64,000 nucleotides of DNA, from contig NC_043014.1 in NCBI RefSeq assembly GCF_006345805.1, positions 43,524,001-43,588,000 on the forward strand, read 5' to 3'. The notes under the pieces are model-generated. The model did no database searches. It had not been told where the DNA came from and saw only the letters and a program-made list of their open reading frames with translations. The position numbers were made by a program, and so were the translations under genes. Of the stretch, positions 53,099 through 64,000 are shown piece by piece. Position 1 is the stretch's first letter; each line of letters opens with the position of its first letter. Source of the stretch: Octopus sinensis. Its lineage: Eukaryota.

Positions 53099-53170
53099 CA
53101 CCACCACCACCACCACCACTACCACCACCACCACCACTACCGCCACCACCACCACCACTACTACTACTAC
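52719..53170. repeat. Minisatellite: 38-bp core x4 separated by (CTA)n(CCA)n
   Basis: CAGATTTACAAAGGTGTATTAACCAAATCATCTTAGAA at 52795, 52911 and 53030, with a variant at 52719. Confidence 0.9.
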
Positions 53171-53334
53171 TACTTTTATTATTATTTTTATTTGTGTTGG
53201 CCAGCAGTTTCACGTTATATTCTCGAAATAGACTGAGATGTTATAAGGTTGGGGCTATTTATTATTATCATTGTTGTTATTAAGGCAGTGAGCTGGCAGA
53301 ATCGTTAGTACACCAGGTAGAATTGCTACCTGTG

Positions 53335-53673
53335 AACTAAAGTAACACCCCTTATTTTTCAAGCACCATCCAGAGTATCCGAGTGTTTTCTGCAAGTGCT
53401 CCACCCTTATTGCAGCCCCAATTTGTTCCATGTACTATTCAAGATTTTTGCTCACTGTTCCCAGGACTCCGACAATTATTGGTACTACTGCTACCTTTTT
53501 CATCGACCACAACTGCTTAACTTCCTAAGCTAACCTGTCATATCTATCGAGTATTCTTTCTTCCTTATTGCATACCTTGTTGTCAGCTGGGCATGATATA
53601 CCTATGATCCAGCATCGTTTCCATTCTTTATCAATTAACACGATATCTAGCTTCCTATTCTCTATCTCATGGC
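53335..53673 (-). pseudogene. R4/Dong-like LINE C-terminal restriction-like endonuclease fragment
   Basis: RKLDIVLIDKEWKRCWIIGISCPADNKV..RYDRLA*EVKQLWSMKKVAVVPIIVGVLGTV. Fits the PD-(D/E)xK RLE pattern RPDIV..D...P.D...K..KY..L..LW..V..P..VG.LG. Confidence 0.8.
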
Positions 53674-55221
53674 CAGGGTTGACTTGGCCTTTCATCCTTT
53701 TAGGGTTGATAAATTAAGTACCAGTGGAGTACTGGGGTTGATATAATCAACATAACCCTTCACCTAAAGTTTCAGGCCTTGTGCCTATAATAGAAAGCAC
53801 TATTAATTATTATTATTATTAAAGGCGTTGAGCTGGCAGAATCGTTAGCATGCCAAATGAAATGCTTAGCGGCACTTTGCCAGTTGCTGTGTTCTGAGTT
53901 CTAATTCCACGGAAGTCGACATTGCCGTTTATCCTTTCAGGGTTGATAAATTAAGTACCAGTGAAACACTGGGGGTCAATGTTGTTGTTGTTGTGTGTGT
54001 GTGAGGGAAGGAAGGAATGAAATGCATGCATAGAGGAAAATACACACACTCACACACACACACACACACATAGTTCTTGTATGTGTGTTTGCATGTGCTT
54101 ATGTTTTGTAAACCTGTGTACTCATGTCATTGTGCGTGGATATGGATATGGTCAAGCTTTTGAGCAAATCATTTTTCAGATCGGCTGACCTTATCAGCAC
54201 TTTTCTGTACTCTTCTGTTTCAGCCGTTCCCCTTCATTAATTATAATAAATCTTTGAAATGGTGGAATGACAGAAATGCTAAAACACACTTACAGTATTT
54301 AGTTTCAACCCTCATCTGTGTTAATTTTCCTTTTATTCTCTTCTAATTAAACAGGAAGCATCAGTTATAGACTAAGGTTCTTTTCTGTAGATCATACTCC
54401 CTCCCTGCCACTTCTTACAAATTAATAACTTTTGCTAATGTAAATAGCTCATTAATTAAATAATTTGAATCACACCACATTCTTTTAGAAAGGGATCTAA
54501 CTTAAATGCTTGAGATTTTCGAATATTTTAAGCCTGTAGTGTAGTAGTTGACTTGCTGAGGGAGTTTAGGTTTCATATACAAATCGTGTTTGTAGCTTTT
54601 TGGTTTTCGAAGTCTATCTCTATACATATTCTATAGAATTCAGTACCAGCACTGTAACTTATGACATTTTGTATTTGAATATGTCTATGTAAACAATACA
54701 AGTGAAAATATAAAAAAAAAGTTAATGAGTGTATATGCATATTTCAAGAGTTATTGCTGTTTCATCAGGACTACATCCAACCTATCTTTTTCTCAATCAC
54801 TCCACTTGAAGTAGTGGTGTTTTTTTTTTTGTGTGTGTGTGTATTCTGGCTCTTTATGTTCTGAGTTTAAATCCTTCTGAGGAGGTTAATGATGTTAGGC
54901 CCTTATTTAATTGCATTTAGGATCTCGTTTCATGTTACATCCTTTTGCGATATCTAACTCCAAATATTCTGTCTGTTTTGTTTAAATCAGCGAGATCTGG
55001 TTGCTCACACCATCACTCTACAATGCCATTCTAAAAATAAACAGAAACATCATTGAAATCTTGAAGCTCCAAGCTCAGTGCATGATTAATTCAAAACAAT
55101 GTGAATAGATAAGCATTAGATTCGATGTAGTAATCTGAATGCTATGCTAAGGGGTTAATACTGGAACATAAAGAAGACGTTGCAAGTGAGAGGTGTTGCC
55201 AACCAACCAGTGGTGTATTTT

Positions 55222-55438
55222 CTTATTTCTTTATTGCCCACAAGGGGCTAAACTTAGAGGAACAAACCAGGATAGACAAATGGATTAAGTCAATTACATC
55301 AACACCAGTGCGTAACTGGTACTTATTTAATCGACCCCAAAAGGATGAAAGCCTAAGTCGACCTCAGCGAAATTTGAACTCAGAACATAAAGACAGATGA
55401 AATACCGCAAAGCATTTCGCCCGGTGTGCTAACGTTTC
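55222..55438 (-). mobile_element. SINE group B monomer, head truncated
   Basis: One unit plus a partial head. Confidence 0.8.
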
Positions 55439-55489
55439 TTTCTGAGTTGAGTAAGTATTGTATGGCTGATTCGCGTTGATGTTATAAAG

Positions 55490-55905
55490 CCTCAGGAGAC
55501 TTTTGAGAATATCATACAAAGGGATCATGTTACAAAAGAAGAAGTGAAAAGAAGAATAAGGCAGGCAACAGGGCCCTAGGAGGAACTTCTTACCATAGTA
55601 AAGAAATGCAAGCTCAGGTGGTTTGGGTATATTACCCTCTCATCAGGGATGGCCAAAACAATTCTTCAGGGAACAGTCAAAGGTGGTAGACAGAAAGAAG
55701 TGGGGAAAAACAACATCTGTAAGTGGACAGGCCTAAAGATGAGAGACAGTGCGAGAGGCAGAAGACAAGAGATGGGTGGAGGGATCAGGTCAGAAGGTTG
55801 TTGATGGTGCCCCAACAGTTAGACAGAGACGGGTGGAGAGATCTGGTCAGAAGGTCATCGGTGGTACCCCAACAGTCAGCCAGACTATGGGACATATGAT
55901 ATAAT
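55490..55905 (+). pseudogene. RTE-clade LINE ORF2 C-terminus, decayed
   Basis: DHVTKEEVKRRI..LLTIVKKCKLRWFGYI..SGMAKTILQGTVKGGRQ (with frameshifts). Confidence 0.8.
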
Positions 55906-56596
55906 CTAATGTATAGCTGATGTTTTATTAGCCTGCAACACTGAGTTCAAAACCCCCAGTTGTATTGCAACAGATGGATCCCCACCTGGTTAACTTGCTC
56001 TGTACATAATTGTGCTCCAGTGTCATAGAGGTTTATGAGGTCCACCACCTTCCCTACTTCCACCCGCATCAGTAATCATAATAGCTTTTGATAACATATA
56101 CTTGCTGGAATAAACATATAATATTTCAAACTAAAGGGATTGTGCGCTGGCAGAATTGAGCATATGTCTGATTAAATAAATACCATTTCGCTGCTAAACA
56201 TATGAAATTCAATTCCTTCTAGGATAAAATATATATCAGATACTTTGCGGTGGTTTATTCAATTGATTGTTCATTCTTCTCAACAAAATTTCTCCTTGTC
56301 CAAAGTTAAAGGAAATCTGTGTTTAAGAAGAAATAAAATACAAATGTCTATTTTCTTTCTGCCAAGCAAATTCATTTAAACATAGAACCGTGTGTTTTAG
56401 TCTTCTGTAGCTTTGTTTAATCTGTTTATATAGAATTTATCAAATTTCTTAACAATTTTCAAGCATGTGTCATCTATTCCAGAGTTCAGTCCTTCCAGTG
56501 ACCACTTTTATTAATGAAGTACACTTCCTGTGTATTTTAGTTAATTTGTAAAATAAATCAAGAATTTGGTGGGATTAGTAAAATATATTTTATTCC

Positions 56597-56933
56597 CTAG
56601 AAAAACGCCGCTGCCGTGGTGATCTCATTCTTGCTCACAACATCATAAGTGGAAAGTATAACCTCTCGAAAGAGCTGTTCTTCACTCCTGCTCCAGGGCA
56701 TCGGCTGCGGGGTCACTCCGAAAAGCTCTATCTGCAACGATTTCATCTCAATCGAAGGAGAGGGGCTTTCTCCGTCCAGGTTGCGGATCTGTGGAATAAG
56801 CTGCCGGACGAGATAGTGAAGATGCGGACGACCGCTCGGTTCAAGGTCTCCCTTGACCACAAGTGGCCTGAACTCCATGTCCCCCTACATGGCCTTGCTT
56901 TTTGCTTTTTGCGCCAAAAAATTAACTTAACTT
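56597..56933 (+). pseudogene. CR1-clade LINE ORF2 C-terminus and short 3' UTR
   Basis: LEKRRCRGDLILAHNII..LRGHSEKL..FSVQVADLWNKLP. Confidence 0.85.
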
Positions 56934-56971
56934 ATTTGTTGAATATTGAGCTAATCTTTAGAACATATCTA

Positions 56972-57418
56972 ACCCTTCAGCATTCAGATTACTCTGGCAG
57001 ATGTAACCCTTTTTATTCACATTGTTTTGAATTAATCATGCATTGTCTTGTAGCTTTGAGATTTTGATGATGTCATTCTTTATATTTCGAATGACATTGT
57101 AGGTTAAGTGTGAGAGGTCAGACTTGGCCAGTTTAACCCTTTAGCATTTAAACCGGCCATATCTGGCCAAAAGTATTCTGCCTGTTTTATGCTCAAACTG
57201 GCCAGATCTGGTCTCTCACACCAACCCTACAATATCGTTTTAAAAATTAACAGCTACCTCATCAAAATTTCATAGTTTCAAGATAATGCCTGATTAGTTC
57301 AAAACAAAGTGGATGAAGAAGCATTAATTTTGGTTGAATAATGTGAACACTAAAGGGTTAAACATAGAACTGGTAGAATATTTTGGCTAAGTATAACCGG
57401 TTTAAATGCTAGAGGATT
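56972..57418. mobile_element. piggyBac-type MITE with a related MITE (57137-57357) nested at an internal TTAA
   Basis: The inner element has TTAA|CCC...GGG|TTAA in the opposite orientation. The outer halves rejoin across the TTAA. Confidence 0.8.
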
Positions 57419-57420
57419 AG

Positions 57421-57743
57421 TCCTTTTGATACAACCTGCCCAGTATTTTCCTTCTTCCATTGGTCCAACTTCCTGTTGTAATCTGATCTGAATGAAAAAC
57501 TTTCGGTCATAATTCTTCAAACTCATAATTCTTCAAACTCATAATTCTTTCAAACTCCTGCTTAATAATATTAGGGTTGGTGTAGGAGTGGCTGTGTGGT
57601 AAGTAGCTTGCTTACCAACCACATGGTTCTGCGTTCAGTCCCACTGCGTGGCACCTTGGGCAAGTGTCTTCTACTCTAGCCTCGGGTCAACCAAAGTCTT
57701 GTGAGTAGATTTGGTAGACAGAAACTGAAAGAAGCCCGTCGTA

Positions 57744-57781
<38 letters not shown>

Positions 57782-58057
57782 TGTGTGTATATGTTTGTGT
57801 GTCTGTGTTTGTCCCCCCAACATCGCTTGACAACCGATGCTGGTGTGTTTACATCCCCGTAACTTAGCGATTCGGCAAAAGCGACTGATAGAATAAGTAC
57901 TAGGCTTACAAAGAATAAGTCCTGGGGGTCAGTTTGCTCGACTAAAGGTGGTGCTCCAGCATGGCCACAGTCAAATGACTGAAACAAGTAAAAGAGTAAT
58001 TTGAAAATCAATCGAAACAAACGGTGTGTATTTCGAAAGAAAATGGTAACGAAAGGG
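57421..58057. mobile_element. piggyBac-type MITE containing a group A SINE (57579-57998)
   Basis: Ends GTAACGAAAGGG|TTAA like the copy ending at 49667. Left end degenerate. Internal 16-bp x3 repeat at ~57507-57557. Confidence 0.65.
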
Positions 58058-58059
58058 TT

Positions 58060-58830
58060 AAAGAAAAAAGGTCCTTATTTGTATTTTGACCGAGAGTTAG
58101 TCTATTAGTTTGTTAGATCTCAATCCACCTCTTGCACCACCACTAAATGAGAGGCTCACTCACTCTCTCCAGAAAGAGCCTTTTTTATAAGACCTTCATT
58201 AATTTGTATCGTTAATCCCTTATCGTTAACAGTTTGATGTGTATTGATGATGGTCCACTTCGCCTGGTATTACTTTTCGAGGTTAATGTTAGCCTTAAAG
58301 CCTCTTAATCTCTCAAATTTTCCTTGAGCTATCAGCGTTCATCACATCCATACCAAGAAGCCATGTTTTTTTCTATTACTATTTTTACAGCCAAGTAGTA
58401 GTAGTAAACACACGTAACGACTATTTTCTTATTAGTTCCCATTTACTGCATCAAACCTCCCCAAAATTTCAATGAGGGATTCACCAAATTATTTTGCTTG
58501 AAAGATCGAAGGTTTTTATACTTTGGTTTTATTCAAATCCATTCAGAAATTCTCAGTTATTAACAGTTATCTGGCTGCTAGTATCAACTGACATTTTAAT
58601 GGTTTAAACGTTGTGGAATTTCGCGTTGATTGATCACTTTGGTAGTTTTAAGACCAATTTCTTTAAAACACTTCCAAAGTCTTCATTTCCTATTCCTTCA
58701 ATTGCCCCAATATTTTTTTTTCTTTTCTTTCTTGTATATTTATATATTGCCTTGAATTGATTGCTTTCCCCACATTTAATAAACATTGTTACTAAATGCC
58801 GGATATTTTGTGGGCTCATGTTTATATCCA
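58060..58830 (-). pseudogene. Possible highly decayed non-LTR reverse transcriptase remnant
   Basis: Scattered RT-like fragments in a plausible order (QFKAIY..FG..LKKLV; GFKANINLEK; LRSNKL). Many stops and no clean YADD. Confidence 0.3.
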
Positions 58831-59350
58831 CAAATCAGCATTTAGAACCAGATTTATGCTTAATCCTTTGAGCATGTGACGGGGATTACATCAAGAACAC
58901 ATGCACACACACACACTCTCTCTCTCTCTCTCACACACACACATAATTATCTGGATTTTAGACATTATAGAATGAATAATTTGATGTATGCATTAAGCTC
59001 CAGATCTTCTGATTGAAGATATTCTAATGCATTTATACTGTGTGTGAGTCTCGTCAGGATCTTGTCATCTTCTGCACTCTGTTGTCCTTAGGTTCCAGTT
59101 TTTCAAATTCATAAAAACCATCTGATATGCATAAGAATTTGATCCTTTCAGTAATTGCTAATTCTTTTTGATGACATCACAGGTCTTACAATGCTAAAAT
59201 GTATCTCATCAATTTCCAGCTTGGTAAACTCCTTGCATGGCCATCATACACACTTTAGATCAGTGGTTCTTGACCATTTTTTTGCCGAAGGATCCTTTGG
59301 ATTTCTATCTTGCTTTCCTCAACTCTCATAGCCATTTAATGTATATACAT

Positions 59351-59506
59351 GTGTGGCTGTGTGGTAAGTAGCTTGCTTACCAACCACATGGTTCCGGGTT
59401 CAGTCCCACTGCGTGGCACCTTGGGCAAGTGTCTTCTACTATAGCCTCGGGCCGACCAAAGCCTTGTGAGTGGATTTGGTAGACGGAAACTGAAAGAAGC
59501 CTGTCG

Positions 59507-59552
<46 letters not shown>

Positions 59553-59769
59553 GTATGTCTGTGTTTGTCCCCCTAGCATTGTTTGACAACCGATGCTGGT
59601 GTGTTTATGTCCCCGTCACTTAGCGGTTCGGCAAAAGAGACCGATAGAATAAGTACTGGGCTTACAAAGAATAAGTCCCGGGGTCGAGTTGCAGCACGAC
59701 TAAAGGCAGTGCTCCAGCATGGCCGCAGTCAAATGACTGAAACAAGTAAAAGAGAAAAGAGAAAGAGAA
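59351..59769 (+). mobile_element. SINE group A
   Basis: Consensus body and tail. Confidence 0.9.
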
Positions 59770-59788
59770 TATATATGTGTGTGTGTGT

Positions 59789-60080
59789 GGAGGCGCAATG
59801 GCCCAGTGGTTAGGGCAGTGGACTCACAGTCGTAGGATCGCAGTTTCGATTCCCAGACTGGGCGTTGTGAGGGTTTATTGAGTGAAGACACCTAAAGCTC
59901 CACGAGGCTCCGGCAGGGGGTGGTGGCGATCCCTGCTGTACTCTTTCACCGCAACTTTCTCTCACTCTTTCTTCTGTTGGCCTGCTCGCTTAGCCAGTGG
60001 GATGGCGTCATTTGAAGGCTAAAACAATGCGAAGCGCATTGTGACATCTGATATCCTGCTCGGTTACGAGATTACAAGAT
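59789..60080 (+). mobile_element. SINE group OR, tail type 3
   Basis: Same tRNA head, then the 3' part GGCCTGCTCGCTTAGCCAG...CTAAAACAATGCGAAGCGCATTGTGAC. Confidence 0.8.
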
Positions 60081-60600
60081 ATATATATATATAAATTAGA
60101 TTAGAGATAAAACCACTATTAGGCAAATCAAACAATGAAAAACATAAACCAAAACATAAAAATAATTTGTATAATATACAAAATATATAAAATATAAAAT
60201 TTTAAAATTTAAATTATTTAAATTAAAATTATTAATTTATATTTATAAATTTTTAAATTTTTATTTTTTTATTATTAAAAAAAATTTTTTTTAATGTATA
60301 TATATATATATATTTATAAAAAACCCTTTATATTTTCATTATTAAATATTATTAGGAATTGTTTCAAAAAGATTATTAAAAATATTTTGTTTCTTGTTGA
60401 AGTATAACTGATTTAATGCATATAATGTTTTACAACTAAATCTTATTTGGATCCCTAAGGGTCAGATGGAATGCTACTGAGCATTTTGCCCAGTCTGCTA
60501 ACGATTCTGCCAGCTTACTGCCTCCAAAGTTCTAATAACAACTTTCTTTTAATATCGTCAGAAGACCAGCATTCCTGAAAAGAGTGAGCAAGTTGATTAA

Positions 60601-60819
60601 CCCTTTAATGTTCAGATTATTCAATCAAACATAATGCCTATTGATTCCCATTAATTTGAATTAATTATGCATTATCTCATATCTTCAAGATCTTGATGGT
60701 GTAATTACCTAATGTAGAATAACATTGTAGGGTAGGTGTGAGAGCCTGGATCTGGTCAGTTTGAACATAAAACAGATTAAATATTTTAACCTGATATGGC
60801 TGGTTTAAATACTAAAGGG
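60601..60819. mobile_element. piggyBac-type MITE, diverged
   Basis: TTAA|CCCTTT ... CTAAAGGG. Body matches the family. Confidence 0.7.
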
Positions 60820-61702
60820 TTTAGTGGAATCCAGTACTTGACTGGTACTGTATTTTATTGACCCCCACCTCCCTCTTAAAAAAATTAAAGGTTAAGTTGA
60901 TCTCAGGAGGATCTGAACACAGTTGGAGTGAAAATGTGCATTGCTGAATACCATAAGGCATTTAAGTCCTTGTTGTAATGGTTCTGCCAATTAACCAATG
61001 ATAATATGCTTATTTACAGCTGCTTTGGCACCAACTAACCTAGTACTGCCCTTAGTTCTGTGACAGGGTTTCATTAAAACAAGAAATTTATAACCTTCAT
61101 AATTTCATGTTAACAAATTAACTGCCACAGCCTGTTACTGGAACTTACTGGTTATGCCTCATATTTCTGGTCACCCTGCATTCAAAAATGAATGTAAATT
61201 GTATTTTTTTTTTTTTTGCATTTTTACAATATTTCATAATTAAACTTAAACATTTAGCACTCATGTTATTTAAATATATTCAAAACCTTGTCAAAAATAC
61301 AGAATAAAATATTTTCTTGAATTATGAAAATGTATCACCAGTGGTGATTATGGCAGTTATGTGAAGTTTGTGATGAGCCACCAGCGGTACATGCAGTAGT
61401 TAATGAGCTCATTTGTGTTCAAAGTATCAGCTTATTAATGACAAAGTTATTAAAATAATTTTGTCGTTATTTACAAAATTAAATGCAAACAGCCGACAGA
61501 GTTGTTAGTCCATCAGACAAATTGGTCAGTGACATTTTTTTCTAACTCTCTATGTTCTGGTTTCAATTCCCACCGAAGTCAGCTTTGCCTTTTATCCTTT
61601 TCGGGTTGATAGAATAGCTAAAAGTACCAGTCAGCTACTGGGGGTCAAGGTGATTGTTGACTACCTCTCCCTTAAAACTTTGAGTGAAAATTTGAAAGGA
61701 TT

Positions 61703-62270
61703 CATCATCATCATCATCATCATCGTTTAGCGTCCGCTTTCCATGCTGGCATGGGTTGGACGGTTCAACTGGGGTCTGGGAAGCCAGAAGGCTGCACCAG
61801 GCCCAGTCTGATCTGGCAGTGTTTCTACAGCTGGATGCCCTTCCTAACGCCAACCACTCCATGAGTGTAGTGGGTGCTTTTTACGTGCCACACGAGGCTG
61901 GCAAATGGCCACGATCGGATGGTGCCTTTTACATGCCACCAGCACGGAGGCCAGTGGGGTGGCGCTGGCAACGACCACGTTCGGATGTATCTCTTATGTG
62001 CCACTGGCACTGGTATCACAGCTACAATTTCCATTGATGTTGATCGATTTCGATTTTGATTTTGATTTTCACTTGCCTTAACAGGTCTTCACAAGTAGAG
62101 TTTTGTGTCCCAAGAAGGAAAGGTGTGCATAAGTGGACTGGCATAGGTGGACTGGCATAGGTGGACTGGCTACATCCCATGTAGAGGCCACGGGTTATGG
62201 TCTCACTTCTCCTGCTGGGTCTTCTTACGCACAGCATACTTCCAAAGGTCTCAGTCTCTAGTCATTTCCT
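61703..62270 (-). mobile_element. RTE LINE 3' end retaining the ORF2 C-terminus plus ~550-bp 3' UTR
   Basis: rc translates EMTRD*DLWKYAVRKKT, resembling the RTE C-terminal DR..W motif. It runs continuously into the (GAT)n-tailed sequence seen about ten times in the window. Confidence 0.7.
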
Positions 62271-62439
62271 TTCAAAATTAATTGAAGAAAAAAAACAGAG
62301 TGTTTCCATAGTAACAAAAGAGTTAATCACTTTCTGTGTTCTTTCCAAAAGTTTGGCGTAATTCTGTTTAATTTGAGAACCTTGAAGTTGTCTACTGTTC
62401 ATGTTAAACGGGAATTAATTTATCCTACCCCTCCCCTTC

Positions 62440-62700
62440 AATAGGACGACGGAAGGATAGGGGGGAATGCAAGAAAATAGCCGTTCCCCATCCCCCCCGT
62501 CCCCCCGCATGTCACCAGTTTTGTCTACTGATTGCCTCAAAATGGCGGAAATAAGGGACTTTATCAGTTATTATGATCGGACAAGTATAAAAGACATTTC
62601 TTAAATTTCCGTATCGTATTCACTCGCAAGTGTCATGGATATTCTTGTATGTAAAGATCAACAGAACCTTTTTTTTTTAAAGCTGACGTCTACTGTTTAA
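62440..62700. promoter_or_regulatory. Candidate promoter / TSS region with YY1-type motif
   Basis: CAAAATGGCGG at 62538-62548 (rc TTCCGCCATTTTG), local CpG retention and G/C boxes at 62440-62510, in sequence I do not recognise as a repeat. Confidence 0.4.
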
Positions 62701-64000
62701 ACATCGCATAAACAATCATATTTCTCATTTCCACGTCTGCCTCAGAATCTGAGATTGTTCTCAGGAATGTGCACCCAATAACCTATGCCAATACATATTT
62801 ACATTAGTTCGTTTCTTTCATGCCCATTTTTCAACAAATTCTTTCTTCCTAATTCCTCTGTGTCATTCCTTCTCTCTCTCTCTCTTTCTTTCTGTTTGTC
62901 TTTTTTCTGTCTCTTTGCCGTCTCTTTTCCATTTCTTTCTCTTTTATTTTTCATCTCATTTTATGTTTCTTTCTTCCTCTCTCTCTCTCTGACTCTCTTC
63001 ATAGTTCATTCCATCTGTTTATGTGTGTGAAAAAAAAAAGAACGGAAGTCCAAAGAACGGTAGCGCTTGTATAGGACAAGCTCTTTCATCAAATGTTTCT
63101 TAACCCTTTGGCATTCGCATGACTCCAACGAATGTAATGCTTATGTATTCACATTTGTCTTGAATTAATCAGGCATTATCTCAAGGCTTCAAGAATTTGA
63201 TTTGATGATTGTTTATTTTTAGAATGACATTGTAGGGTAGGTGTGAAAGGTCAGATCTGGTTGGTTTGGATATGAAACAAGATACAAAATTCGGGCCTGA
63301 TTTGGCTGGATTTAGTAAAGAAATCTAAACCAGATTACTGTAGCTGTTATTGTGATTTAGCCCCAGACCAACTGGATCAAGCCTACCTATAATCAAAAGC
63401 ACTCCAGCAAGGGCCATCCTGACTTTTATCCAGTTTTTCTAAGATTTCATTATGATGTTTGTTGTGTGATTTAACAACTCTTTAGCACTTAAACTGGCCA
63501 TATACAACCCTAATATTCTATCTGTATTATGTTCAAAACGGCCACATCTGGCTTCTCACACCTACTCTACAATATCATTCCAAAAACATACAAACATGTC
63601 ATTGAAATATCTGCCACACGTAATAGAAATCAGATGTTCAGATAAGCAACTTTGTTTTCCAACTTAGCACACATCTAAAATCTCTTTTTCCAGTGTAAAT
63701 TATAATTACTTTATCATTTCATTTGATAATCTGTTTCATTATCTCTGTGAACACAGTTTCATCTTCCATCCCATATGTTTAGAGAAAAAAAACTTAAGAT
63801 CCCTACTCTCAATCCAACTCTCCCACTTTCTCCCTTCTCCTTCTCTTTCACGCTCATTTATTATTGCCATTTATTAATTCATTTATCTAAATTTTGTCAC
63901 AGTTTGGTTGACCGAAAACTGTTGGTTATAGCTCTAGTTAAGAATGCAAACGCCCAATTCTATCTCATTATTATCATTGCTATTCTTTCACACCGGCAGC

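Noticed and set aside
52719-53170. CRISPR-like appearance
   Set aside because: Eukaryotic context, spacers are triplet microsatellites rather than unique sequences, and there are no cas genes.

Overview
AT-rich, repeat-saturated eukaryotic DNA with no intact protein-coding gene that I can support. From memory the repeat repertoire matches an octopus (coleoid cephalopod) genome; this is recognition only, with no database search. The window is probably intergenic or intronic. Retroelements: three tRNA-headed SINE groups, many 5'-truncated 3' ends of an RTE LINE, and decayed CR1, RTE and R4/Dong-like LINE fragments. DNA elements: a Tc1 transposase remnant, three Helitrons (one with Pif1 helicase remnants), and hAT, piggyBac-type (TTAA), mariner-type (TA) and GG-ended MITEs. 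Also present: hairpin elements embedded in (TA)n, a 5 x 188 bp tandem repeat and large compound microsatellites. The supplied ORFs are microsatellite translations, antisense or chance frames, or TE remnants. The most notable pattern is a SINE occurring as one head plus 2-3 exact 184-bp units. The three trimers are each bracketed by a 14-18 bp target-site duplication, and one carries its own variants in all of its units, so multimers appear to be mobilised as single insertions. Weaker host-gene hints are two splice-flanked candidate exons (28470-28598, 52367-52412) and a YY1-motif promoter candidate near 62.5 kb. Coordinates were counted by hand and may be off by a few bases.
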